Shown here one piece after another: positions 10,609 to 22,500 of a DNA stretch of 64,000 bases. Source of the stretch: Camelus dromedarius (Eukaryota); the NCBI RefSeq assembly GCF_036321535.1, contig NC_087444.1, positions 36,208,001 to 36,272,000 of the forward strand. Reading direction: 5' to 3'. Both the position numbers and the translations under genes were made by a program. Below the pieces are notes generated by a model that did no database searches, was not told the origin of the DNA, and saw only the letters and a program-made list of their open reading frames with translations. How positions within the stretch are numbered: the first letter of the stretch is position 1; every line of letters starts with the position of its first letter.

Positions 10609-13416
10609 TCTTGGAAAACAATACACAGAATGTTTGATGCAAGTGTGCCCTCTTGCCCTGTAGCAGACTTGCTATCACGTGGGAAAGTCAATTACTCAGG
10701 GAGCTGTCTTCCTGCAAATTCTAAGATTTCATAAGTATCTCTATTCTTCTATCCTACCTCCACCTATTTCACATTGTACTCTTTGTACATCTTTACCTAT
10801 ATATTCCTATCTATGTGGGTTGATAAATCTCCTAAAGTGATTAAATTCTGTGTGTATGTATACTCAGGCCTATTACTGCAGTTATAAAACCAGCAGACTT
10901 GGTTTCCCATCCGAACTATCCACAAAGGTGCAATTCAGTGCTGCAAGTAACAGGTGACAACTTACATGCCTATTACTGGTCATCTCAGTCTCCTGTAGGC
11001 ATAGAAATGAAGGGTTGGAAACCCTTCTGCCATTATAATGTGCTCACTGCTATTTATGTACTCGTTAAGGTTTGCCAGCATGAAAGGTCTGACAGCTTCA
11101 CAAACTGTACCCACTGCAAAGGGGATTAACTCACCAGGAGAACGATTCAAGGAGACGAACAACAAAGACCTGGAGGAAACTAATTCCACTACAAAGCTCG
11201 AGTGCTGGCTTCCCTCCCTTAGAAGGGTTCCCAGGAGAAGTCTGTATGCAGCATAGAGGGGAAGAATGCAGTTACCGTCCAGTAATGAGGAGGAGGACAC
11301 GGCTCACTAAGCAAGTACTAGGGCACCTGGGGTGCGAGGTCCCTTGCTTCCCCCAAGAGTCACTGGGAGACAGCAAGTTCCTGAGATTAGCGGTCATTTA
11401 CTTCAAGGTGGAAAGCCAGAGCCTGGGTCAGGGATCCTCGAGGCAAGCACACTCTGCTTGAAGGATTAGCTCCAGAGGATTCCTGGGATAGGTGCCAGCT
11501 TGGCTCAGACAGGAGTCATGTTTACATAGTCTGGGCAAATCAGCCTTTCCATAAGACTCCCTGTTGTCAGGCAAATCCCCAACCCATGACAGCAGGAATG
11601 TATCCCATGTTCTCACAGATGCATTTCCTGAACCAAAGGCAACTGAGCATGCTCCCCTAAACTGCATTTATTGAATAAGTATAACCAAGGTTACTCCCAT
11701 GTCTGCAGTTGGGTCCAGTTTGGTGAAGAATGGTCAGAAAGGTAGATTGCCTCATAGTTCTTGTCTTTACCATTGATCAGTTTTAAAACCTAAGGACAGT
11801 AAGTCCACAGGGCATGCCAAGCCAGCAAGTTCTTCTGGGTCCAGGATGACCGTGTCTGGGAGCATCACAGGACAGTTGTCCAATCCAGTACAGCCATGCC
11901 GCCCACGAAGGAACATCCACTAGGCCAAACCTACTGCTCTGGCCCAACTTGGGTGCTCAAGCACAGCCTGAGCACCAGAATTAGCTGCTTCTGATCACAG
12001 TCTGCTGAAGAGCCTGATGGAGGCTGGAGTAGCCTTATTCCCAAAGTCTTCACTGATCTCCACAGAGAGAAAACAGAAGTCCCCACAGGTACCAAGCTCT
12101 TCCTGAGACTGCAGCCCCACCACACCTCAGCCAAGGGGAGGCAGGCAGGAGAGAAGTACATTGTCCCAGTGATCCACACCAAGGTGGCTCAGAGTGTAAA
12201 CAAAGCCTGGTGTCAGGGACAGAAGAGGAGGAGGAGGATGCAGCCTGGTGTGAGGTTTTCAGAAAAAAGTGACCACTTCTAGCACCAAGGTGGGCTTGCG
12301 TGGGTCTGCACAGCAGCCCCTCACACTAGCCCTTACAGAAAGGAACAAGCTACTTGTTGGCTTGGGTCCAGGAGAAGTTCTCTAAGTCATTGACAGCTGA
12401 AAGAATTCAAGTGATTCACCCGAATTCCAGAAGTTTATGCCCTCTTATTAAAGTTCATACCATAAACCTGGAGGTTTGTTTTTTGTCACTAGAACAAAGA
12501 CCTAAGGTCTCAAGTAAAATAATTATCCTTAAAGTAGCAGTATTACCAGACTTCTGACTCAGATTTGTTGTCATTGCTGAACTTGAGCCAGGTGCTTGTA
12601 ACATGTGGCCTGTCTACACACTAAAGTGTAGTTGGCACATGAGTAAGAAATCTTTCGGTACATGAGTGAAAAAGTCTTTAAAGTTCACCACTGCCCGTGA
12701 GACTCAACAGGAGATTGTGCTAAAACTGAGCCAAAGATCTGTGGTCAGAGTCTGGCTTGCCACCACATAGACACCTCTAAGGGCAGAGGGATTCAGTTTG
12801 GGGTACTTGGAGTTTTTATACAGTCAGTCTGTTGCATCCTGTAGATGAATGAACACCAATGATTTGCTAGAATTGGTGTTCCAGATAAATTAATAATCAA
12901 TAAATAATGGAATACAACCTCTCCCCAGGGAAAGATTTTAGCTAGAGCTTTTCAGGCTCTATAGTCAGGTGCTTCAACCTGGCCAGAGGAAAACTTCCCA
13001 TAAAGCAGCCCCTTTGTAGAGACTCCTGATTCAAACAAATAACAGAATCAAAAACCACCAGCCACAGCTACTAACCTAGCACTCTTTTCCTCCAATGCAG
13101 CACCAAGTAAGTGTAAGGGCTGCACCTACTCACCAGGAACAAAACTAAACAATCATTTCCCTGCTACCCAAGCCCTCTCCCATCACCATCTGAAGTCCCC
13201 ACCTTCAGACTGGCCCCAGACCCTGAGACTCCTCCCATAGCTTACCGACAAGAGACCACCTGAGAAGGCCATCAGCCCTGAGCCCCCTTCCATAATGTGG
13301 GCCAGCAGCCCCCTTTAGCACAAGAGGGTTGGGCCTACAGTCTTTTCATCTGGACTTTGGTAGCTGTGGCCACAGGTAGCAGCCTTCCAGGCCTCAGGGG
13401 ATGTCACATCTGGCCT

Positions 13417-13511
13417 CTACTCAGTTTTCCTTTCAACCTTTCTCTCTTCAGCTACATCTAGCTCAGTCAGGACGCAAAAGCAAAGCTTCTGGGTGACTTT
13501 GGTGATAGCAG
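13417..13511 (-). CDS. SLC7A6: SLC7A6 last coding exon ([31 protein letters not shown])
   Basis: Acceptor ttttcatttag|CT, stop TAG 13419-13417. Read by hand, absent from the ORF track. Confidence 0.93.
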
Positions 13512-16500
13512 CTAAATGAAAATAGAAAACAGAATTTAGCACACTGACATTTAGCTACAGCCCCAATCTGAACACTACAAGGCTGATTAAAAGCATGTGG
13601 CTCTCTCCCCACCTGTCCCTTGGTTACCCTGTGCCAGGCTTTGCCCCTCACCCACAACAAACTTCATTGTCCTTTCCCATGCCCAACCAGAGTCCAATGT
13701 GTGAGTCTGCATCTTCCCACGTGGACTGCACTTTCAGGAGGGTTTTACCCCCAAAATAGGACTCTAAAGTTAGAATTAAAGTGATCATGTCAAGATCAAA
13801 AGAGAAGACATCCAGTTGGGCAGCCAGGTTCTCGTGGCCTCCAGTGTACCACTAGTATGGGGGAAGCTGCAAGCCGTGAGCACACCCACCTGTGCATGCA
13901 TCTTTGTACACACATGCTCAAACACACAGCCAGTGAGTGATGGGCAAAGAGAAGCTTACCCAGGACATTCCGAATAAAGAGTGGCCTCTGGGACTCTGGC
14001 AGATAAACACCTAGGAAGTACACAGGGACCCCTGAGAGGGCAATCCCGATGCCAATGAGAGAATTGATGGTATCACCGAAGAGGGGCACAATCACCAGAA
14101 ACACGGAGCATATGCAGAACATGACAGGAAAAAACAGGCTCAGCTGAAAGGAAGGGAGATGAGCTATTAGGTAAACTGGGATGGGGGAACAGAATAGGGT
14201 ATGGGAAAGAAGCTCCTTGAGATGGCCCACCCCCCAAGTTTTCCCAGAGCCACTGACCTTGAGAGGACGGGGCCGTTCGGGCTCCTTCCAGCGAAGGTAG
14301 AGCTGTCCAGCGACAGACAGGCCCACAAAGAACCAGTAGCTGAAGCTGAAGTAGTTGATGAGCAGGAAGACATCCTCCACAGTGAGGTAGATGAGTGTCA
14401 TGGTGCACTAGAGGGGGAATGGTCGGGGAGGAGGAATCCTTATCACCACCAACAGGCCAGCCAGGAGACTCCACCATCCAGCAGTCAGCACCAGGTCTTT
14501 TGACCGCTGATTTAGCCGGATTACCTCCAGTTATTTTCAATGACCGTTTGGCATCAGATAGGTCCATTCTCCACATTAGCCTTCAAGGTGGCATCTCTCC
14601 CGCTTCTGTTGGGGGCCCTTCCTACATTCAATGCCCCCCCTTCTTTCTTCAAGCACTTCAGGAGCAAGCCAGACTCCTAACCCCTGATGGCAGACAGTGA
14701 GGCCCTCCTCACCGCAATGCACCAACCACAACATGAATCCCGCTGGGCCCTTGGGAGACTTATACTTTGGTCCCAACTACCTCGCACACTAATGGAGGAA
14801 ATGCCTCCAGAACTATCTCCCATTCTGGGGCCTTAGAAATGCAGATTAGCAAAATGGATCCACATCCCTGGAGAAAAGTATGGTGGAATTTGCCCCCTGG
14901 AACAAAAGAATCCTAGAAGACAGAGATAAGGAGCAGAGTCCTAGGACAAGGTTAGATTTGCTTAAACTTCCAGAATATGGAGTTCCTTCTATCTTTTTAC
15001 CCAGATTATCAACAAAGGATTTAAAACAAAAAGCCCATTCTGGAGGGAGAAAAGGAACCCTGCACTGAGAAGAAAAAAGTGGGGTGGAATGTGATTAATT
15101 TAAAAGACATCAGATCTCCCTTAATTTATAAATGCAGTGCTATCCCAATCAAAATATTGAGAGGATTTTTTGTTACTTTGACAAAATGATACCAAGTTCA
15201 TAAACAAACAGGTGAGAATTGTCAGGGAGATTCCAGGGGGATGAGGGGAACTAAAAAAGTACCCTCAGACCCTCTTTAGCTTTCAAATATTCAGTATAAA
15301 GCTAAATAAGGAAGCTTGGTGCTGATGGAAGGATGAGTTGAGGTAATGATACATTCAAGGGGCAAATAACTGTATTTGGCACATAATGAAGCACCCTAAA
15401 AAATTAGCTATTTTTATATAATTGAAAATTAGAAAACCATGGAAAATGGACTATTCAATCAATAACATTGGTATAGCTGGCTAGCTATTTGAGAAAAAAA
15501 TTAAGTGAATCCCTACCTTGCTCCATAAAATAAAATACAAATTCCAGATGAATTAAAAAAAATGGGGGGTGGGTGAAGTAATTAGGTTTGTTTAATTATT
15601 TATTCTTGGAGGTGCCAGGGATTGAATGCAAGACCTCCTGCATGCCCAGCATACACTCTGCCACTTGAGCTATGCCCTCCCCCTCCAGATGAATCCAAAA
15701 TTTAAAATTAAGTAATGAAACCATTAAAGAACTAAATGACAAAAAGGAAGAAAGAACTGGTTTTTTTGTTTGTTTTTGTTTTTCCTTTTTCAGTTTTAAA
15801 ATGAATTGTTTTTTAAATCTTGGAGTAAGGCCTTTCTCAGGGTCCCCATTAACCTTTACATATATAATGCCTCAGTACAAATGAGAAAATAGTGGTCCTT
15901 CTTCAGGACTCCCTCCATCTGTCAGAATACTTCATAATTTACTGATTTGTTGGAATAAAACACTTTAATGCCATCTACTAAATATAAATGCATGATGTTT
16001 ATGATATGAATAGAGGCCCCTAGGGTAGCTGGTGAAATTAAAAAAAAAAAAAAAAAGGAGCTAGGAGAAGGAGGAAAAAAGCCACTGACAGAAAAGATAG
16101 ATAAATCTTACAAATTCATTTTTATGTTCTTTTGTAGCATCTGCTTCTCTAATATGACTATGTTTTACTTTTACATTATAAAAAAAATTTTAAGAAAGAA
16201 TTAGAAATACTGTGAGGCTTGGGAAGTATCCCAAGAAACAAGAATTCCTCCCCTGAAGCAGTTTTCTCATAAAATCAGCATGAGTACCACACAGATACAT
16301 CCAATCCCCACACTCCCCAGCAGAGCTTACGTTGAACAATAAAGCAGGGATGGGTGTAAAACGCTCGATGTGGATCATGGACAGAAGGTCTGGGAGGTGG
16401 CCCTCACGGGAGCCCACAAAGAACAACCTGGAAGCACAAGAAATGTGTCAGGAGGATCCCTGTACTTAGCATGCAGCGATACTCCTCACTCAGACAAACT

Positions 16501-19500
16501 AGCCTCAGCTCCAGAAAAAAAGAGGGTCATCTCTCAGGAACATCCTACATTCTCTATGCATGACTAAGCCAACCTATTCCTGCTTTACCCACAGATATCT
16601 CCCCATTACCCAAGAATGCATGACCCCACTGTCCCACTCGCACCCCCAGCTCTCAGCTGTGCAACCCACCATCACCCAATGGATGTCTCACCCTGCCACC
16701 ACCCACCAGGACCCCAATCCACTCCTCCAGGAGATTCCCACTCTGCCCCACAAATTTCCTTCTTAACATAATGGCTTTTTAAAGTGCAGCCAGACTTCTG
16801 ATTGTGCCCTCCATACACACTCTCTGAGCTCCTGATAAACGAAAGGCCAGGTCAAGCCTGAGGTCAACGAGACAACCCAGGCTTCCTCTCTGCTCCCACA
16901 GAGCCCTCCTGACTGGGAAACAGCAGCGGAGAAATGAACCACCACCCAGGGTAGTCAGCCGCAACATGGAGCACACAGCACTCACCAGGCTTGGGGGTGG
17001 GCTGGGGGAACAAAAAGCTTCACAAGAGATGACCACATCTGGGCTGGGAAGAAGAGTAGGGTTTTCCAGATGAGTGCTAGGTGTGGAAACAGCATGAGCA
17101 AAGGCAAAAGAGGCTTGGAGGCATGAAAGAGGGTAGCTTCTTTGAAGGTTGGTGCTAGAATGCCTGTAGTCCCAGGCTAAGTTGTGTGAGGAGTGCTGGG
17201 AAGAACCTGCTTCTGAGGCCACACTGTGGCATCTGACAAACACTGAGAGGCAGCTGTGGCTCTGAACCAGATGTGACACAGAGACTTGGGCAACATCATG
17301 ACTAAAGCAGGCAGAGGCTAGGGTATGAGGGAAGGCCAGACAAGGTCATCCATGACAACTGTCCCTAAGAAAAGAGACCTGAATGAGGGTGGATGCCCTG
17401 GCTAAGGAGAAAACAAATGACAGATCTGAAAACCTCATTTAAATCTAGTGATCTGTGTGCATGTGCACACTGAGCTGGGAGATACGGGTGGGCACCAAGG
17501 GAAAAATCGAGGTCAAGAGGCCAAGTAAGGAGGACTCATGGACCACAACATCACAATTGGAGACAAAGCACATTTGGGTTGTGTGTTAAGTTTGAGATAC
17601 TTATGGGCCTTCCAGGTGGAGCCATAGGAGCTGATGGTATCATCTGGAAGGGTGTTATAGGGCAAGATGTTGGAGTTGGCTTACAAGGTTAATAACCTGT
17701 ACTAGATAGAGAAGAAATATGGTAGAGGGGATGCTGCAAGAGGATAATGTGTAGGTGAGACAAGGTGTCTAGACAAAGCCAATGACAGTGGCATGGGTAA
17801 TAGAGGAAAAGTGAAGAAGGTAACACGGGCAGAAATAATTGTGCATCATCTTGACATTACTGCAGTCTCCTCTATGTGCTCCGAGTCCCCCATCCCCGCC
17901 GCTATCCTGTCAATGCCAGAAGATACCTGAGGAAGGTTAGAAGGTACCTATTATCTATTTTGGGACAATAAGCAGAGCCAATTAGGATGTCTTGAGCCTC
18001 AACAAGGGTGAGGCTATGGGAAATATCATCTTTGGGTGGGGCAACTTGTGAAGAGCCACATGGGGTGCAACGCTGGCCACACCAGGCTGCAGTGACGGAA
18101 GATGACACCATATTCTTTTATAATGCCTTGATCTTTCTATTACTCTGGTTGCCCCAGGGAGGCCCCAAGTTCATGGACCAGGGTGTCAAAATTAGTAAGA
18201 AGAAAGAAGAGGACAAAACCATTTCTTTCATTAATTTGTCCTCCTATCTGTTCATGTGGCAAACATTTATTGAATGCCTATAATATCCCTGGCCCTGGGG
18301 ACAGCAACATTTATAGGGTGTGTGGAAGAGAAATCAGGAAAGAAGCCTTCCTCTCAGATATCAGAGTGTCACAGAAGCCACTGAAATAGTTTCAGAAGGA
18401 GAAGTGGTAAACATCTCTTGCTTTGGGGGTACAGAAGGGTAAGGACTAAAAGCAGGAGGTCACTGGTACCCTTGATAAGAACACTTTTTTGGTAGTAGAA
18501 GCCTACCTATGTGTAGAAAAATGAATGACTATCAAAACGCAAACCATTCCCTTGAGCAGTATATCCAGTAAGGAAGAGGGGAGATGAGAAATGCTATTCT
18601 GTGACTTCTACAAGTGGAGATGAGAGAAGTTTGTGCAAAGCTGGTGCTAATTAAACGTCCACCAAAGAGAAGGGCCAAGTGATGAAGCAAAATGCTGAAG
18701 AAGAGAGGAAGTGCCAGAATCCTGGAACCAGGTAGCAGAATCAGCCTGAAAAGGTAGAAACTGGTCCTCTCTCTGAAACAACAGGAAGGGCAGTGATCTT
18801 ACAGGTAAGCTTCTGTGCAGAGAAAAGAGCAGGAGCCTACCCGTCAGCATCAGTGTTTCCTGTGACATGAGGGGCAGAGTCATCCTGTCCCCAGTACCTG
18901 ATACACAGCATGTGCTCAACAACTATTTATTATAGGAATGAACCCCGGGGCTGCAGCATAACCCACAAGGAGCCTCGAGTCTGGTCCCTGACAGGATCGC
19001 TACTTTAGGCTACTGCCTTCCTTCCCTCTGCATCTTACCATCCTGTCCTTACCTCAGATGCAAACATGAGCTACCAGCACACATGTTTGCACAAAGGCAA
19101 GCGCACACATGCACACATGCCTATGCACACATACACACCCTGCACGTCCAAAAGAGGGAGAAGGGAAAGAAGAGCTCCCATGGATTCACCTAGTGCCTCA
19201 GAGAGTTAAACACTTCAGTCTGTTATTGGTGAAGCAGAGACACAGTACCTTGATGAAGCAAAGATAGACGCGTTGAGGCCCCCAAAGCAGGACAGGGCAA
19301 CAGCAATGGGAATGGTCCAGCTGAACATGCCAAATGTCCGGTCAGCAAATGTCTGGGGGCAGAGCACAGAGGGGCACTCAGCACTGGACAGGGTCTCCAC
19401 AGCCTCCTGCATCTACACTCTCCGGACAAACGCAGTCACTGCTGAGCAGCCCACCCCTGGCTTAGACCCATCACTTCGCCCTGCAGAGCTGAGTGATGAG

Positions 19501-22500
19501 GTCGAGCCACTCAGTAACCCAAGATGACGAGCAAATTGGGATCCCAAGAGACTCACCACGGCCACAGCATCACTGCCAAGGACATCTGAAATGCTCAGCA
19601 CTGTGTAATAGGCCACGTTGGTCAGGATGTAGATGAGAGTCACAATTGGCATAGAAATCCCAATGGCCAGGGGCAAATTTCTGTCAGGACAAGTGAGTTA
19701 GGACTACCTGGAACCCACCTCTCCTTGGGGGTTAAACTTCACTCAGGGACTTTTCTGACATTTAATAGTTCCTTGGCCTCTGGGTCTTTGAGGCTGACTC
19801 CTCTTCCCCACATGGCCTAAGGGAGGTATGCATCCCACACCCCTGGGATCTTTCTACTGAAAGAGAGAGAAAGAGAGAGAGAGAGAGAGACTTCTCTGTG
19901 AAGATGGCTCATAATCAATACTTGATCCTCGCCCCTGTGGGACCACTGGGTCCCACTGAAGGAGGAGCAGTGTCCTCTAGAACTGGAGGCCAGGCTGGGA
20001 ACCAGGCTGCCCAGAATAAGCTTCTGGCTCCCCAGGCTTCAGTGTCAGCAACAGAGTGCAAGGGCTTAACAACTCTGGGGATCCTCCAGTATGAACACAA
20101 GGCCAAGGAGCTAGGGGCTTTCCCACCTTCACTCATTCCCATCTGAGCCCCTAATCCCTCAGAGCTGGAGAAGGGGGAGTAGGGAGAAGAAGGGATGAGA
20201 GACAAAGTGAGGACGGGAGAGACGAGGGCAAGAGTGCCCACTATCAGCAGGAGTTCCAGCCAAGTTGGGGAGTGAGAATATGATCCCACCTTTANNNNNN
20301 NNNNNNNNNNNNNNNNNNNNNNNNNNNNNNNNNNNNNNNNNNNNNNNNNNNNNNNNNNNNNNNNNNNNNNNNNNNNNNNNNNNNNNNNNNNNNNNNNNNN
20401 NNNNNNNNNNNNNNNNNNNNNNNNNNNNNNNNNNNNNNNNNNNNNNNNNNNNNNNNNNNNNNNNNNGCAGAGAGAAGAAAGAGGAAGAAGAAGGAGAGGG
20501 GAGATGGAAGGTATAAAGAGAAGGGAAAGGATAAGGAGGGTCCATGAGAAAGAGGAAGGGAAGGTGGGAAAAAAAAAAAAAAGGAGAAAGCAAGAGGGTC
20601 AAGAAAAGAAGGGAAAAGCAAGAGGACAGTGAGAAGGAAAAAAAAATTTTAATACCAAAAGAACACGTCACCAGCTCCCTGCACTTTACCACTCCACCCA
20701 CTCCCTCTGGACAGTTCATATTCCTTTAGTAGAACTAGACAATCTCAGAAAAACAAAGGCATTCCTGGCTGGCTTCTGAAGTGATAACACCTTTTCCAAA
20801 GCCCCAGTGGATTTCCATTTCCTGCAAGTGACCTCACAGCAGGCCACAGCTCTTCCTCCTATTTTTAGAAAGAACCCTTTTCATATAAAGGAGTCATTTT
20901 TCATTAACAACTAGATCTTCCTGTGGAACTACCTCTCTTGGCCCAGACCACTACACAATTTGGTCAAATAAATTTTTCTGAGGGGGAGGTAATTAGGTTT
21001 CTTCATTGATTTCCGCTTGGAGGAGGTGCCAGGGATTGAACCCGGAACCTCTTGGGTGCTGGGCATGCACTGTACCACTTGAGCTATATACCCTTCCCCC
21101 TTGAAAAAAAAAGTTTTTATATATATATATTTTTTTTTGGTGAGGGAAGGTAATAAGATTTGTTTGTTTGTTTGCTTGTTTTTCTTTAATGAATGTACTG
21201 GGGATTGAACCCAGGACCTCATGCATGCTAAGCATGTGCTCTACCACTTGAGCTATACCCTCCCTGTCAAATAGGTTTTTCAGTCCCACCAAGAGAATTC
21301 TGTTGCATACTTGCAGTGGCTATGGTTATGTGGGGAAGGAAATCACAGGCTATGTAGGAAATGGGATCTTAACTCTCTAAGCCTGGGCCACCTCCACCCT
21401 TTGAGAGCCAGCCTAGATATCTGTCATTCTCCTTGGAGGCCTCCAGAGACCACGGACTTGAAAACCAAAGGAGCAGCACCCAGCTGTCCAGAAGACCTTC
21501 TAGACATAGTGGAGGTTTTAAACAAGACCCAGACTTCTAAGGAAGCCTGCTGTCATCCCCTGCAGAAAGCCTAGACTCATCCCTCAATGTGGCAAAAAAG
21601 ACTGGGTATGCAGCAAAGACAAGGGAAAACAGACTCCAGGAACGTCCAGATGGCTGGCGGTGCTAACTTGGCACACTTGCACAAAGATGCTGGACCAGCT
21701 CCCTAAGAGTCACCCAGGCCACTTCTTTAAAAAATACCTTTTTCAATTCCAAACCAATTGGAGTTGATCCAGTAGGTATGAGATGGGAGTCTCAGGTCCC
21801 CAAGTGATTGCAAACACAGCAAAATCTAGAGACAGATGATCTAGAGAACTGGATTTTCTAATGATTGACATCCTTGAAAAAGACACCTCAGGACTTCTCT
21901 AAGGGGTCAGGAGAATCTTGAGAGACCAGTTACCCTCACTGCCAATCAGCTCAGATCTGGGAATGAAAAGCTCTCTAAAGCCAACATGCAGGAAAGTCAG
22001 CACCAACTTCCCCATACCTTAATATTTTGCTGAGAGCTGACTTTGGAAGGGAATGTTAAATAAGAGCAAGTCCAGATGAAAGGTAAAGGCTACAAAATAA
22101 CCACTCATTTTCAGGCCCCATCTTCCCACCACACACCTCCCACCCCTCTCAAGGAGGCCAAGTCTTCCTACTCACTGCCTGGCAGTCACAGACCAAAAGC
22201 AGGAGGCAGAGCAGGGCTCACTCTATCCTCACCTATCACTTTTATGACTCAATTACAACCCAGGTTTCAAAAGATCCTAGGCCCTCAGCTGGCTTCTTGC
22301 AATGCTCTCCTCCTCCACGAAGGGAAAGCAGCTCTGAGAGGAGGATCTAACTCATGTCCAGTTGGCCAAGCCAGCCTAACCCAAGAACAGAGTTCTTGCT
22401 CCCACTGACACAATCTAGCCTGTACATAGACAGGGCTGAGCAGTCAAGCTAAGAGTCCCCACGTCCTCCTCAGGGAATCCAGGGGACTCCCAGAGTCACC

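Noticed and set aside
14228-14257. Walker A-like GSGKT in the retained-intron peptide
   Set aside because: The context KVSGSGKT lacks the G/A at the first position of GxxxxGK[ST], and the sequence is intronic. Chance match.
14404-14418. CTCF-like GCACTAGAGGGGGA at the SLC7A6 exon 7 acceptor
   Set aside because: Mismatches at key consensus positions; adequately explained by splice-site and coding sequence.
20159-20719. ORFs spanning N gaps (also 22496-23026, 32377-32773, 47095-47846)
   Set aside because: Their length is an artefact of N translating as X with no stops.
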